Shown here piece by piece: positions 37,452 to 47,100 of a stretch of 64,000 bases of DNA. The stretch is from a virus. Taxonomy: Duplodnaviria > Caudoviricetes. The notes below the pieces were generated by a model, which worked only from the letters and a program-made list of their open reading frames with translations, searched no databases and was not told where the DNA came from. The stretch is from the IMG/VR virus record IMGVR_UViG_3300014205_000185, positions 32,001 through 96,000 of that record. One strand, written 5' to 3'. The position numbers and the translations under genes are program-made. Every line of letters begins with the position of its first letter. Position 1 is the stretch's first letter.

Positions 37452-37749
37452 CCTCGGTCTTAGTGAAGACCGTGACGAAGGAGATCAGCTCGGAGAGGTC
37501 TACCTCTCCCTCTACGATCATGTCCTCCAGGTACTCCCGGTCCTCGGGCTGGACGATGGCGGTTTGCAGAATCCGGAACATCCGGTCGACGCTTTCCAGC
37601 TTACGAGAGCCCTCTACGTCGTCCCGTTGCAGAATCTTCGACTCTCGGGCTAAGAGCATCATCTGGGCGTCGACAAGCTTGCGGATGACGATATTGCGGC
37701 CGTGAACGAGGACTATGCGCGTCTCGCGACCTGGGTCAGCTGCATTCAT
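37393..37749 (-). CDS. tail assembly chaperone (gpG-like)
   Basis: 118 aa, two ORFs upstream of the tape measure. Confidence 0.7.
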   Translation of the reverse strand: MNAADPGRETRIVLVHGRNIVIRKLVDAQMMLLARESKILQRDDVEGSRKLESVDRMFRILQTAIVQPEDREYLEDMIVEGEVDLSELISFVTVFTKTEDGEDIKPKVRRGRPPVKRS

Positions 37750-37769
37750 ACGGTCGACAATATACGTAC

Positions 37770-38267
37770 CTACAGGTCGTAGTTGATGAGCCGCATCTTA
37801 TATTTCCGCGCAGCTAGTCGAAGAGGCTTGATGAGGAACCCTTTGCCCTTCACGCCAGGATGGGAGATGCCGACCTTGTGTGCTGCACCTGGCACTTGCG
37901 GCATGTAGACAACCTCGCCGGCTTTCCGCCAGAAGAATTTCAACTGCGGTGCGCCAGCACGACCGAAACGGTAGATGTGCGGGGCGCCTTTCGGGAAGAT
38001 GTCGTGAATCTTGGCGCCGCTCTCTACGATCTTGGCGTACGACTTCCGGCTACCAACGAATCCGGTGACTATCGTTCCGACCCGGACGGGACCTTCGGTC
38101 TCGATGCTCTTCATCAGGGCGCCAGTTGTATAGGAACCAGTGCCCGGGGCGACGAGGATTCGAGCTTCCCGCTGAACCTCGCGCATGATTCTCTTGAGCT
38201 TCCAGTTGGCGATGAGGGACGCATCCAGCTCTATCTGAACGTGGTGGATGCGGGTCTCGAATGGCAT
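37770..38267 (-). CDS. HK97 gp10-like neck/tail completion protein
   Basis: AP....TGAL..SI..G....YA..VE.G...H.I..L.F..HPG..FL. Confidence 0.8.
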   Translation of the reverse strand: MPFETRIHHVQIELDASLIANWKLKRIMREVQREARILVAPGTGSYTTGALMKSIETEGPVRVGTIVTGFVGSRKSYAKIVESGAKIHDIFPKGAPHIYRFGRAGAPQLKFFWRKAGEVVYMPQVPGAAHKVGISHPGVKGKGFLIKPLRLAARKYKMRLINYDL

Positions 38268-38839
38268 TAGCAGTCGCAGTTTGCGATCTGAGCGGTCAGC
38301 TGAAGCGAGCGCTCGACACAGCCGCCTTGAGGCAGGCCCTGATTCTGGCGCTCGATGACGACCGACATGCCTAGGAACAGGCCGCTGTTGGTCACGACGA
38401 AATCCCGGAAGCAGCAAGCTGTGCGCCGCAGAGTCAGGGCATCGATGACGTTCTGACGAGCCGCGGTGTCCCACTCCAGGCAGCTCGGCGGGAAGTTCAT
38501 GTCGCCGACCGGCACGCAGCGGATGAGTCCGATCTGGAAGCTGACACCCCAGGTGGGTGGCGCGCAGCTGGCCGCGGCCTGGCGGACGATGTCTGCCTCC
38601 GGAAAGGAGGTCGACGAGGGGTAGATGTCACCCAAGGAGACATACCCAATGCCCTCACAGCACAGGTCTTGCATGATGCCGCCATCATGGGCGACGGTGC
38701 TGCCAATCCGGAAGCAGCAGTTCGCTGGCGGATTCGCTGCTCGTGCAGCTTGCTCACACAGGCACGAAAGCAGCTCGTCCATAAGCGTGCCGACGAGCGG
38801 ATCGGCGGTTGACAGCGGAAGCGGGGAGGTCACGGCCAC
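38267..38839 (-). CDS. Cys-rich tail terminator-like protein
   Basis: synteny; G..RC.P and PQGGC motifs. Confidence 0.65.
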   Translation of the reverse strand: MAVTSPLPLSTADPLVGTLMDELLSCLCEQAARAANPPANCCFRIGSTVAHDGGIMQDLCCEGIGYVSLGDIYPSSTSFPEADIVRQAAASCAPPTWGVSFQIGLIRCVPVGDMNFPPSCLEWDTAARQNVIDALTLRRTACCFRDFVVTNSGLFLGMSVVIERQNQGLPQGGCVERSLQLTAQIANCDC

Positions 38840-39627
38840 GTCACCTGTCGTGGGATCTGAAGGTCGGGCGAGTAGTACCGAGTGCGACCCTTGAGCCCGT
38901 ATGGGTTGTAGGCCATGATGAGCTGGTCGAGCGCCCAGATGCCGGTAAGGCCGTTCTTCAGAACCTCTGCTATGTCAACGGCCGAGAAGCTGACGCCCTG
39001 GCGCGCGATATTCTGAATCCGCATGGGCAGAGTGCAGGGCAGACTGAGGCACGCTCGCGCATATTGACACGCGAGGTCAGATGTTGCTGCGGCAAGGGCT
39101 GTCGGGACGGCCTTACCGCGCAGATAGGTGACCGTGAAGGCCTCTGGATCGTTGGGCGCCAGGTTCTGGTCAGAACACAAGGGCCAGCACTCGGTCGTAT
39201 CGACGCGGACGAGCCAGACCTGGTCGAGCACGAAGTACGCGCCCGTTGCCGGCAACGTCTCTCCACCAAGCGTCACTGATTCGATGGAGTAGACGGGGCC
39301 TGGGAGGTACACCTGGCACTCCGGCGCGCAACTCGTGCACGCCGGGCCTTGACCGCACCAGCAGTTGCGCCACTCGCCATTGAAGATGTAGGGCGTCCAG
39401 CCCCCCATACCGTCGTAGTAATAGCCCGTAGGGCAGTCGCTACAGATACGGCCACAGGGGCGCACTGTCAGTTCGCAAAGACCAAACTGACGTCCAGTGG
39501 CGGCCCAGACAATAGTCTTTGCGTAATCAAGCGCCTGTGCTTGCAACTCCGGAGAGAAGTCATCCCAGTTGTCACAGCACATCTGCGTCAGGTCGGGCCA
39601 CGTGCAGGGCCCGGATTGAATTGTCAT
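38830..39627 (-). CDS. head-to-tail adaptor
   Basis: W.ATGRQFGLC..TVRPC, WP.C, LP.R...I.RQGVS, TG...D. Confidence 0.75.
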   Translation of the reverse strand: MTIQSGPCTWPDLTQMCCDNWDDFSPELQAQALDYAKTIVWAATGRQFGLCELTVRPCGRICSDCPTGYYYDGMGGWTPYIFNGEWRNCWCGQGPACTSCAPECQVYLPGPVYSIESVTLGGETLPATGAYFVLDQVWLVRVDTTECWPLCSDQNLAPNDPEAFTVTYLRGKAVPTALAAATSDLACQYARACLSLPCTLPMRIQNIARQGVSFSAVDIAEVLKNGLTGIWALDQLIMAYNPYGLKGRTRYYSPDLQIPRQVTWP

Positions 39628-39704
39628 CGCCCCGGGCCCCCTAACTCTGAACTATTTCCGTTAGCAAATGTTGCTACGTCAATTGTTGCTATAGCAACTA
39701 CTTC

Positions 39705-40400
39705 TTAGACGGCCGCGCAGCCACAGCTCGCCGCTGGTGGGTCCAGGCGAGTGATGAACATACGCGCATGCTGCGTAGATGTAATTGGCGTGAGCATCGG
39801 AATCGGATTATCCAATGTTCCGGCCGCATCCGATAGGTCAACGTTGTACGGACCAACGCCCCAGAGCGAGTTGTTCGTGGTCCTTGCGTTAACAACAAAG
39901 TTGGCGACGCCGTTCTCTAGCGTCATGTCACCGATAGTTCCCTCAACAACAAACGGGAAGAGGAAGTATCCGTACTCCTGACCGCCAGTACATAGCGCAG
40001 CCGTGCCGGACAACCGCGTCCAGGCCTCCAGGGCAAAGTTGACGCTGGCCGCCGAATCCTGATCGGTAGAGTAACCAATCTTTGTCGCAGCACTGTCGTC
40101 AGACGTGTAGAGCGGTTCCGCGGCGACGATGTTGACAATGTCTGGATCGACGTTGCAGAAGGTGATGACCAGGTCGATCCACTTAAGAATCGGCGGGTTG
40201 GTCTCCCGGACGCAGAATGTGCCGTCACCGTTCTTGACGAAGAACTCTTCGCGATCCTCATAGTTCTTGGTCATCTCAATCGAGATGATGCCGTCAGTAA
40301 CTACCTGAGAGCAGTCGCCAGTGACTACCTGCCCACAAGAGTTGAGTCGGGTCACCCGAACCCGGGGAACCTTGAATGGGGTAAAACAAACAGCAGTCAT
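39705..40400 (-). CDS. major tail protein
   Basis: R.TRL..CG, N.DG..C, FC.VDP, FALE.W, WG.GPY.V pattern; synteny. Confidence 0.75.
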   Translation of the reverse strand: MTAVCFTPFKVPRVRVTRLNSCGQVVTGDCSQVVTDGIISIEMTKNYEDREEFFVKNGDGTFCVRETNPPILKWIDLVITFCNVDPDIVNIVAAEPLYTSDDSAATKIGYSTDQDSAASVNFALEAWTRLSGTAALCTGGQEYGYFLFPFVVEGTIGDMTLENGVANFVVNARTTNNSLWGVGPYNVDLSDAAGTLDNPIPMLTPITSTQHARMFITRLDPPAASCGCAAV

Positions 40401-40837
40401 TACGACTCCTCGCCATTCGAAGCGGAGGTGGACGTGACTTTCCGGGGGCGCCCCGGCCCTCGCTTCACGGGGAGTGGAACAAGATCCGGAGTTTCTTGCA
40501 CACTCTCTCCAGTAGCAAGAACCGGCACCTCAACAACTTGGAAGGCGCGCTCCTCGGTTTCTAGCCCGACCGGCATCTCCAATGGAGCTTCGGCCACCTC
40601 TTCGATGGCCAGTTCGACCTCAGTCTCGGTCGTTGACGTAGCAACAGGTTCCCGATTTAGCGTGGACTGGTACCAGCGCTCAGCGAGAGCGGCCTCGGCC
40701 AAGATGACCCGGCCGGCGGTGCCATGAGCGACCTCAACGTGATTGGGGCTGTCGGCCATGACGAGAAGCTCTTGAACCACCTGGATCAAAAGCTCCTCGT
40801 CTACGACGATTTCAGTCCAGTCGCGCATCAGAGGCAT
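40400..40837 (-). CDS. hypothetical virion-associated protein
   Basis: acidic, with C-terminal KRGPGRPRK. Confidence 0.6.
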   Translation of the reverse strand: MPLMRDWTEIVVDEELLIQVVQELLVMADSPNHVEVAHGTAGRVILAEAALAERWYQSTLNREPVATSTTETEVELAIEEVAEAPLEMPVGLETEERAFQVVEVPVLATGESVQETPDLVPLPVKRGPGRPRKVTSTSASNGEES

Positions 40838-40841
40838 CGGC

Positions 40842-41702
40842 TCATCGATCCGTCGTATTGAGCGTGACTTCGACAGCGGCCGAATAACAGTCGAATGACA
40901 GGACGTACTCGCGCTCCATGACCATGTTCAGGACGTTGGTAGCGCGATTGATGACCTGACCAAAAGGCGGCACGAACAGTTCCGAGTCCGGCGTCCGCCA
41001 GATGGCAACCTGGCCGGTTATGTAGATCCAGACGTTCGTTCCGCTAGGAACCTGGCCGGTGGGTCCGACTCCGGAGTAGTTACCAAAAGACACCGACGTG
41101 TGCATCGGCGTCCGCCATACCTCGGAGCCGTAGTTCCCGCTCATCTCCATGGTGTAGGCGCCCATGAGGTACGCCTGCGCAGCAATAGGAGCGTGGATGA
41201 CGCCCGGCAGTCCGTATCGGGCGTACAGCCACGACTCCAGCTTGCTGACCGCCTGTACTGGCCCCTGGGCGGTACCGAGGTTGGTAGCGCCGGCAAGGCT
41301 AGGAGACTGACCAAACTCGCCAGTTGAGAAGATGCGCTCGACTACGGCCTGCTCTCCAGCGACGAGCTGTTGGAACAGGTACTTGTTGATCGCCTCCTGG
41401 CCCAGGTTGGCTAGGCCGACCGGCGAGCACTCGATCGACGAATAGACGATGAACGGGTCACCGACGATCGTGTCGATCGGGTTATCCAAGTCCTTGTCAC
41501 GAACGCCAACGGGATCTGTGGCGTCCTGGCAGGCGACCTCATAGCCGTCTGGCAGATCGCACGTAGAGAGCTGGTACTGGAGACCACCGCTACGGGCATT
41601 GATGGGGAGGTCGAGCGGGCCGGTAGCAACGTTAAAGAGCCCGTACCGAGGCAGTACGGGATTAGGGGCCGGTACATAGACCGGACCAGTAAGTCTCGCC
41701 AT
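40842..41702 (-). CDS. minor capsid/capsid-associated protein
   Basis: AAGGAGG RBS; immediately after the major capsid gene. Confidence 0.7.
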   Translation of the reverse strand: MARLTGPVYVPAPNPVLPRYGLFNVATGPLDLPINARSGGLQYQLSTCDLPDGYEVACQDATDPVGVRDKDLDNPIDTIVGDPFIVYSSIECSPVGLANLGQEAINKYLFQQLVAGEQAVVERIFSTGEFGQSPSLAGATNLGTAQGPVQAVSKLESWLYARYGLPGVIHAPIAAQAYLMGAYTMEMSGNYGSEVWRTPMHTSVSFGNYSGVGPTGQVPSGTNVWIYITGQVAIWRTPDSELFVPPFGQVINRATNVLNMVMEREYVLSFDCYSAAVEVTLNTTDR

Positions 41703-41725
41703 GACGTCACCTCCTTCCAGGTAGT

Positions 41726-41756
41726 TAGGGGCTGGGCCGAGTGACCCAGCCCCCTA
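41726..41756. terminator. GC-rich hairpin after the major capsid gene
   Basis: GGGGCTGGG / CCCAGCCCC stem. Confidence 0.5.
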
Positions 41757-41763
41757 CGTCCTG

Positions 41764-43452
41764 CTAGCAGGTAACGGCGCGCTGTACGCCGGTCGAGCCG
41801 TTGGGGCAGATGGCGATGGTGTAGACGCGACTGATTGGACAGAACCGCATAGCGCGGAAACCGTCCTCAAGGAACAGCTGCGTCACTTTGTTGGTGGCCA
41901 AGTTGACGCTGTCGTAGATGGTGTCAAGCCGGATGACGTCCTGGCGAGCGACAACCCAGGTGCCCGAGGGGTATGCCAGGAAGCTGACCTCAATCGGAAG
42001 CGCGCAGATCGGGGTGTCCGAGCCGGGGAATGGGCCACCGGAGACACCGGTCGAGGTGAACGAGTCCTGCCAGTCGTAGACCCACTGAGCGCGAGCGTTC
42101 CGGTTGCGCAGCATCGAGTCGATCATGGCATCGGTCAGGTCTGGGTCCATCGGGCCATTGCGCCGGATCCAGTCCGCGCGCATTTGAGCCTTCAGCCAGT
42201 ATGGGAAGACGAACTCAATCGTCTGGTCGCGCCGTAGACGCAGCCGGTACTGGATGTCGACCGAGGCGACCTCGACTGCCGACATGACCTGGGAGACAAC
42301 CGAACCGTCCGAGGCAAACGGAGCACACGTCATGGAGACCGCGGTCGAGTCCGACACGATGTCGGCGATGATCTGACGGTTCACGTTGTGCGCCTGGGCC
42401 GCGATGGCGCCCTGGACGAAGTCCGACACGAACTCGGGGTAGCCGCGGTTCTGAAGGATGTCACCGGTCAAGCAGAGCGCCGCGACCTTCAGCCGGTCGT
42501 CCACGAAGGACGGACATGGGATCGCCACACAGGTCTTGGTGGTGTCCGCGATGACCTGGGCCTCAGTGAGGATATTGAAGCCGGTGCCGGAACCGAAGAT
42601 CGTGTCGAACTGGATGCCCTGGTTGTGCCGGATGCCGCCACGACGGGCACCGATCTCGGGAACCGAGAGCAGACCATCGGTCGTGATCTGGTTGCAGGTC
42701 GTGTAGATGGTCTCGGACGGTGCACACCAGCCGACGCCGGCCAGAAGCGAGCCACCGGGGAGCCGGGTCTCGTCACGGGCGTAGTCGATCTTGGTCATGA
42801 TCGTCACGTCGTCGTCGCCATCGCTGATCGCGAAGTCGTTGCCGAACTCGCGACGAATCGTGGCCACTGTGGACTGCTGGGCGGTACCACCGCCGTGAGT
42901 GCGCGAGCGTGCGACGAAGGCGCGAGCGACCTCAAGCCAGCCGTTCAGCTCGGCGCCGGCAGCGAAGCCGGTGTCGGCGGCGGCCAGGATCCGGAACTGC
43001 GGCGAGTTGTCCTCGCCGGAAACGATCTCGCCCTCAAGAGCCTGCGGAGTGGATGCCGCGATCTCGGTGACCGTAGGGATCTTGCTGCCAGTGTCCATGA
43101 CGCTCATCTCTGTGGACTTGACCTTGGCAGCCTTCTTCGCGGCCGGGGCCTCTGCGGCTTCCTCGATTTCGTCGTCTGCCATCTCGTCGTCTGCGCTGTC
43201 CTCAAGCTCCATCTTGGTGAGAGCGTTGAAGCGCGACTGGCGAGCGCGACGTGCGCTAAGTTCGTCGTCGACAAGAACCATGAAGGACTTCAGGTCCTCA
43301 AGGTTGTCGAGGTCTTCGTCGGTGGCGTTCTCTGAAGTCAGAGACTCGCGTAGCGAATCGTAGGCGGCGGCAGCCTCAAGGCCCAGGTCGCGCAAAGCAG
43401 CAACCGTGAACCGAGGAAGGCTATTGGCATCTGGAATCTCAAACTCTTCCAT
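41764..43452 (-). CDS. major capsid protein with N-terminal scaffold-like region
   Basis: L.A.GWCAPSET.Y, L...PE....RGG, K.C..IPCP.F, NRGYPE motifs of this actinophage MCP type. Confidence 0.85.
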   Translation of the reverse strand: MEEFEIPDANSLPRFTVAALRDLGLEAAAAYDSLRESLTSENATDEDLDNLEDLKSFMVLVDDELSARRARQSRFNALTKMELEDSADDEMADDEIEEAAEAPAAKKAAKVKSTEMSVMDTGSKIPTVTEIAASTPQALEGEIVSGEDNSPQFRILAAADTGFAAGAELNGWLEVARAFVARSRTHGGGTAQQSTVATIRREFGNDFAISDGDDDVTIMTKIDYARDETRLPGGSLLAGVGWCAPSETIYTTCNQITTDGLLSVPEIGARRGGIRHNQGIQFDTIFGSGTGFNILTEAQVIADTTKTCVAIPCPSFVDDRLKVAALCLTGDILQNRGYPEFVSDFVQGAIAAQAHNVNRQIIADIVSDSTAVSMTCAPFASDGSVVSQVMSAVEVASVDIQYRLRLRRDQTIEFVFPYWLKAQMRADWIRRNGPMDPDLTDAMIDSMLRNRNARAQWVYDWQDSFTSTGVSGGPFPGSDTPICALPIEVSFLAYPSGTWVVARQDVIRLDTIYDSVNLATNKVTQLFLEDGFRAMRFCPISRVYTIAICPNGSTGVQRAVTC

Positions 43453-43533
43453 TGCTGGACCTCTCGGATAGCACGTAGGTAGCACGCAGCTAGCCAGGCG
43501 GCCCTCAGCACAGCCCTGGATTCAATTGAACGC

Positions 43534-43563
43534 AGTGTAGATCTAGGCGATATATCTGTGCAA
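43534..43563 (-). promoter_or_regulatory. sigma70/HrdB-like promoter for the capsid gene
   Basis: TTGCAC-18nt-TACACT on the minus strand. Confidence 0.6.
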
Positions 43564-43566
43564 GCA

Positions 43567-43593
43567 AGGAACTGCTTCACAGTTCCTTTTTTT
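43567..43593. terminator. hairpin with T-tract on the plus strand
   Basis: AGGAACTG-CTTCA-CAGTTCCT followed by a T run. Confidence 0.6.
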
Positions 43594-43746
43594 CTACTTC
43601 TTTTTGACTTCGATACGGCCGTTGTGCTTGGTGGCGGCGATATCGGCTGCCACCTTGGAGGCGAATTCTTCTTTGCGGCCATCAGCCCTGGTGACCACGT
43701 AGGTCTCGGCTGGGTTCCCACTGCTCTTTCCGCAACTGCAAGCCAT
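43594..43746 (-). CDS. 50-aa MACSCG protein (not in the ORF track)
   Basis: MACSCGKSSGNPAETYVVTRADGRKEEFASKVAADIAATKHNGRIEVKKK; GAGAGG RBS; MxCxC small genes typically precede this MCP type. Confidence 0.7.
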   Translation of the reverse strand: MACSCGKSSGNPAETYVVTRADGRKEEFASKVAADIAATKHNGRIEVKKK

Positions 43747-43748
43747 GT

Positions 43749-43970
43749 CTACTTTCCTCTCTCCATCAAGCTCACATATCCATTGCTCCAGCCTGCGAGC
43801 TTGCTGAATGCGTCAGCTGCCGAGGCCCCTAATCGCATTCTAGACACAAAGATCGCTCGTACTCGGTCACCGCTGAACGCAACGTTTCCATTCGCATCGA
43901 GGGTTACTGTGTCACCGGTCGGCCTGGGCGATTCACCGGTCTCGTCGATCAGTTCGAGGACTCTAGTCAT
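43749..43970 (-). CDS. small protein with WSNGY motif
   Basis: GGAGGG RBS, 73 aa. Confidence 0.65.
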   Translation of the reverse strand: MTRVLELIDETGESPRPTGDTVTLDANGNVAFSGDRVRAIFVSRMRLGASAADAFSKLAGWSNGYVSLMERGK

Positions 43971-43999
43971 CTGGTCCCTCCGTCTGGGAGACTCATGTT

Positions 44000-44179
44000 A
44001 TGGCCAAGGAATCAGAAACGATCATCATGAACGATGCCGACGGGAACCCGGTCAAGGACCCGAAGAAGGCAGCCACGGCCGAGATCACTCGGGTTGACGC
44101 CAACGGCAAGGTCCGGCGCACGCTCATGCTGGGACCAGATGCCGAGCGGCAGCAGCCGTCAAGCCCTGGCGGCTGGTAG
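44000..44179 (+). CDS. 59-aa antisense protein (not in the ORF track)
   Basis: GGGAG RBS; MAKESETIIMNDADGNPVKDPKKAATAEITRVDANGKVRRTLML...; high GC3. Confidence 0.6.
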   Translation: MAKESETIIMNDADGNPVKDPKKAATAEITRVDANGKVRRTLMLGPDAERQQPSSPGGW

Positions 44180-47100
44180 GCCGTAGCCGGGCGATCTCCG
44201 CCAGCTGGGCGGCAGCTGACTGCGGGAAGATCTGGTCGAGAACAGCCGCCCGCTCCGGGAACAAATCCCGGAACCAGATCGGCACCCATGCGTCCTCGCC
44301 TTCGGCGTCACGGAAGATGCCTTCGCCTACTTGGCCCGTGAAGTAGAGCGAAATGGCCTCGGCAAAGTCCTCATGGATGTCAGAGGTGCCATAGTTCGTG
44401 ACTCCGCGAGGAACCGGACGCGACGCATCCGGCGTTCCCCGGATGTCGGCGCTTGGTCCCTCTCCGTTCGGAACGAACCGGCGCAGCTGAGCACCGGGCC
44501 GGTCACTCCGCGCCGCCTGCTGCCACGCGGGCGAAGTCGAGCGCAGCCGTGGGGGGACGCCTTCCTCGATGTTGTGGCCTAGCTCGTGGTCCAGGTATCG
44601 CTTGAGTCGGTCACGATCGGCTGACAGCAAGCGGTCGGTCTGCCAGATGGCAACCTCACCGTCGCCGGCCGAGGCGGCTGACCAGAAGTCGGTCAGGCCA
44701 TACTTCTCCGCCATCTCAGCGTCGTTGGGGTTCGCGCCCACCATGGCGTAGTAGGCCTTCTGGTAGCCCCGGGCATCCGGCGCCAGCGAGTCCTGGTACG
44801 CGATGAGGCGATCCCGCATGAGACGCGCGCTGGCCCGTCCTTCAGGAGTGTCCGGGTGCTCGACGGTGTAGTCGACGCCGTCGCGCTTCCAGTTCGTCGC
44901 GTTCTCGATCGTGTACCCGTCTACGACCTTGCCCTGGACCTTGGTTCCCATGCTCATTCGCCGCGGAGCCGGAGAGCCCTGTCTTGACGGTACCGATCGG
45001 GCCTGGGCTCGGGCTGTTGGCGTAGCCCGAGGAACACTCGCCTGTCCGACTGCTCCAGTGGCTGGGCGCATTGTCGAGCCGCCCGGCGTCCGGGCCAGGA
45101 TGGCATCAGCCCGACCGAGAGCCGCGTCGTACCAGTCCTCATGTCCGGCAGCGACAAACTCCGGCTTCATCTCAACGAGCTTCGTCCTGGCGTCCAGAAC
45201 CTCCTCGCGAGTGAAAGGCATCTTGTCGGCCCACCGGGTGGTTCCGTTCGGAGCCTCTACGGTGGTGCCATAGTGCTGAGCAAACGGGTCAAAGGAGTTT
45301 GGCGTCTGAGGCATCTGCTCACCACGGTAGGAGACTGGCGCCCCCATGAAGCTAGCCGCGTGGTCGATGCCGTGCGCGTTGCCGTCCGCGTCAATGATGA
45401 TGTTGTCGTCGTGGCGGTCGACGTTGCCAGTGATGAGATCGAGCAGGTGCAGTCGGCGACCTCTGTCGCTAGCCACCGCCTTATCGAGTCGCTCCTGATC
45501 GGACCCGCCGGCTTGCCCTGGCACCAGGTCCATGAACACGGTGTCGTCGCTGGAGCGGTAGGTGGACGGGACGTCGGCACCCATGCTTCGTCCGTACTTT
45601 GAGGACAGATCCTCAGACAGAGCCTGGTCATTGGCCGAGTAGTCCCAACCAGGGCCGTCGTCGCGACCTGTCTTCTTGCGGATCATGGGTCGCCCGTCGG
45701 CCCCGGTTACTCGATGAACGGTTGAGTAACTGCGGTCGCTAAGCCTTCGGCCCACCCTCGGCTTCCCGCTCTCTACGCTGGCCTGGAGGTCGGCCGGCGT
45801 GGCGCTTCCCTCCTTCTTCGAGGGGGTCCGGAGGGTTGCCTTCTTGGCTGCCGGTGCGCCGACCAGCTTCTCAGCGAGGGCCCGACGCAGGGCTGGCTTC
45901 GGCTGGATCGGGTCCACGCCGACGGAATCCGCCACCTCGCGCATGATGTCGAGGCCGACGTTCTTGTCCTCCATCCACGCCTCTGCCTCGTCAGGGCTAT
46001 TGAACCCCCGAATCCGCTCGGCCATTCCGTCCGGGGTGTCGGGCACACCCTCGCGTGTGATGCGAGGCTTCGACGGAGCAGCTGCCGGCGACGGAACTGA
46101 AGGAGCAGCCTCGGGAGCGTTGCCAGCCCGCAGACCCTTGATCCATTCGCGCATCTGAAGGTGGACGTCGTCGCCGTGCTTGCCACCGGTCGTAACCCGA
46201 TCGGCAAGACCCCACATCCGGTAGGCGCCGTCCACGCTCTCGTGATAGGTACGCAGCGGCTTTGTGATGCTGTCTTCGGCGTTACCGAGGCTGATCTCGC
46301 CCTTCTTTTCGTCGATCTCGCGAATCGCTCGGACGACTCGATCCAGGGCGGAATCTTCTTCGGTGGTGATCCCGTATAGATGATGTCCACGAGGAGCCCT
46401 AGCGACAGGGATCTTGTGCAGATTCTCGACTAGAGCGCGCAGTGCTGGTGGAGTTCCGTCCGGCAGATCCGGTAGGTCGCCCTTGGGGATGTCCAACTCC
46501 CTGATGGCCTGGTCGAGCTTCTTCTGGAGAGCGGGGTCAGTCTCGACCGACCGCAGTCTCTTCAGTTCCTCGACCATCCGCTGTGGACCGTCGAAGTCGT
46601 TAGCGTCGTCGCCACGGTTGGTGCTGATGGAGCGACGAAGCTCCATGATCTCGTTGGCAGTGCCGTTACGACCCTTCGCGGCGTAGGCCTGAGCTAGAGT
46701 CATGCTTCTGGAGTCGCCGTGCATGAGCGAGTTATCGCCCTCGGGATCCGTGACCAGCGGGACATCTTCCTTGATGGCCGAGGTGGCGGGAGCCGCCTTC
46801 GTCGGTGCGGCTTTACGCGGCGCCTTGCTCACGGTGACGTCGAGCTGCCGGATGCCGTCAACAGTCCGGTCACGGGTCACTGTCATCTGGAGCCCGCGCT
46901 CTAGCAGGATCTCCTTGTTCTGGTCGTCCTCCTCGCCGTATCCACCAAAGCGGATCGCCTTAATGCCCTTGGGCACGTCGAGGCGAAGCATGATGCCAGG
47001 CTTCTTCGGGTCCATGCCACTGTCGGCATAGGTCCGGGAAATATCCCGATCCACCGAGGTGGACATGAAGCCGGGGTCATCGAAGACGCGGCCGACCAGT

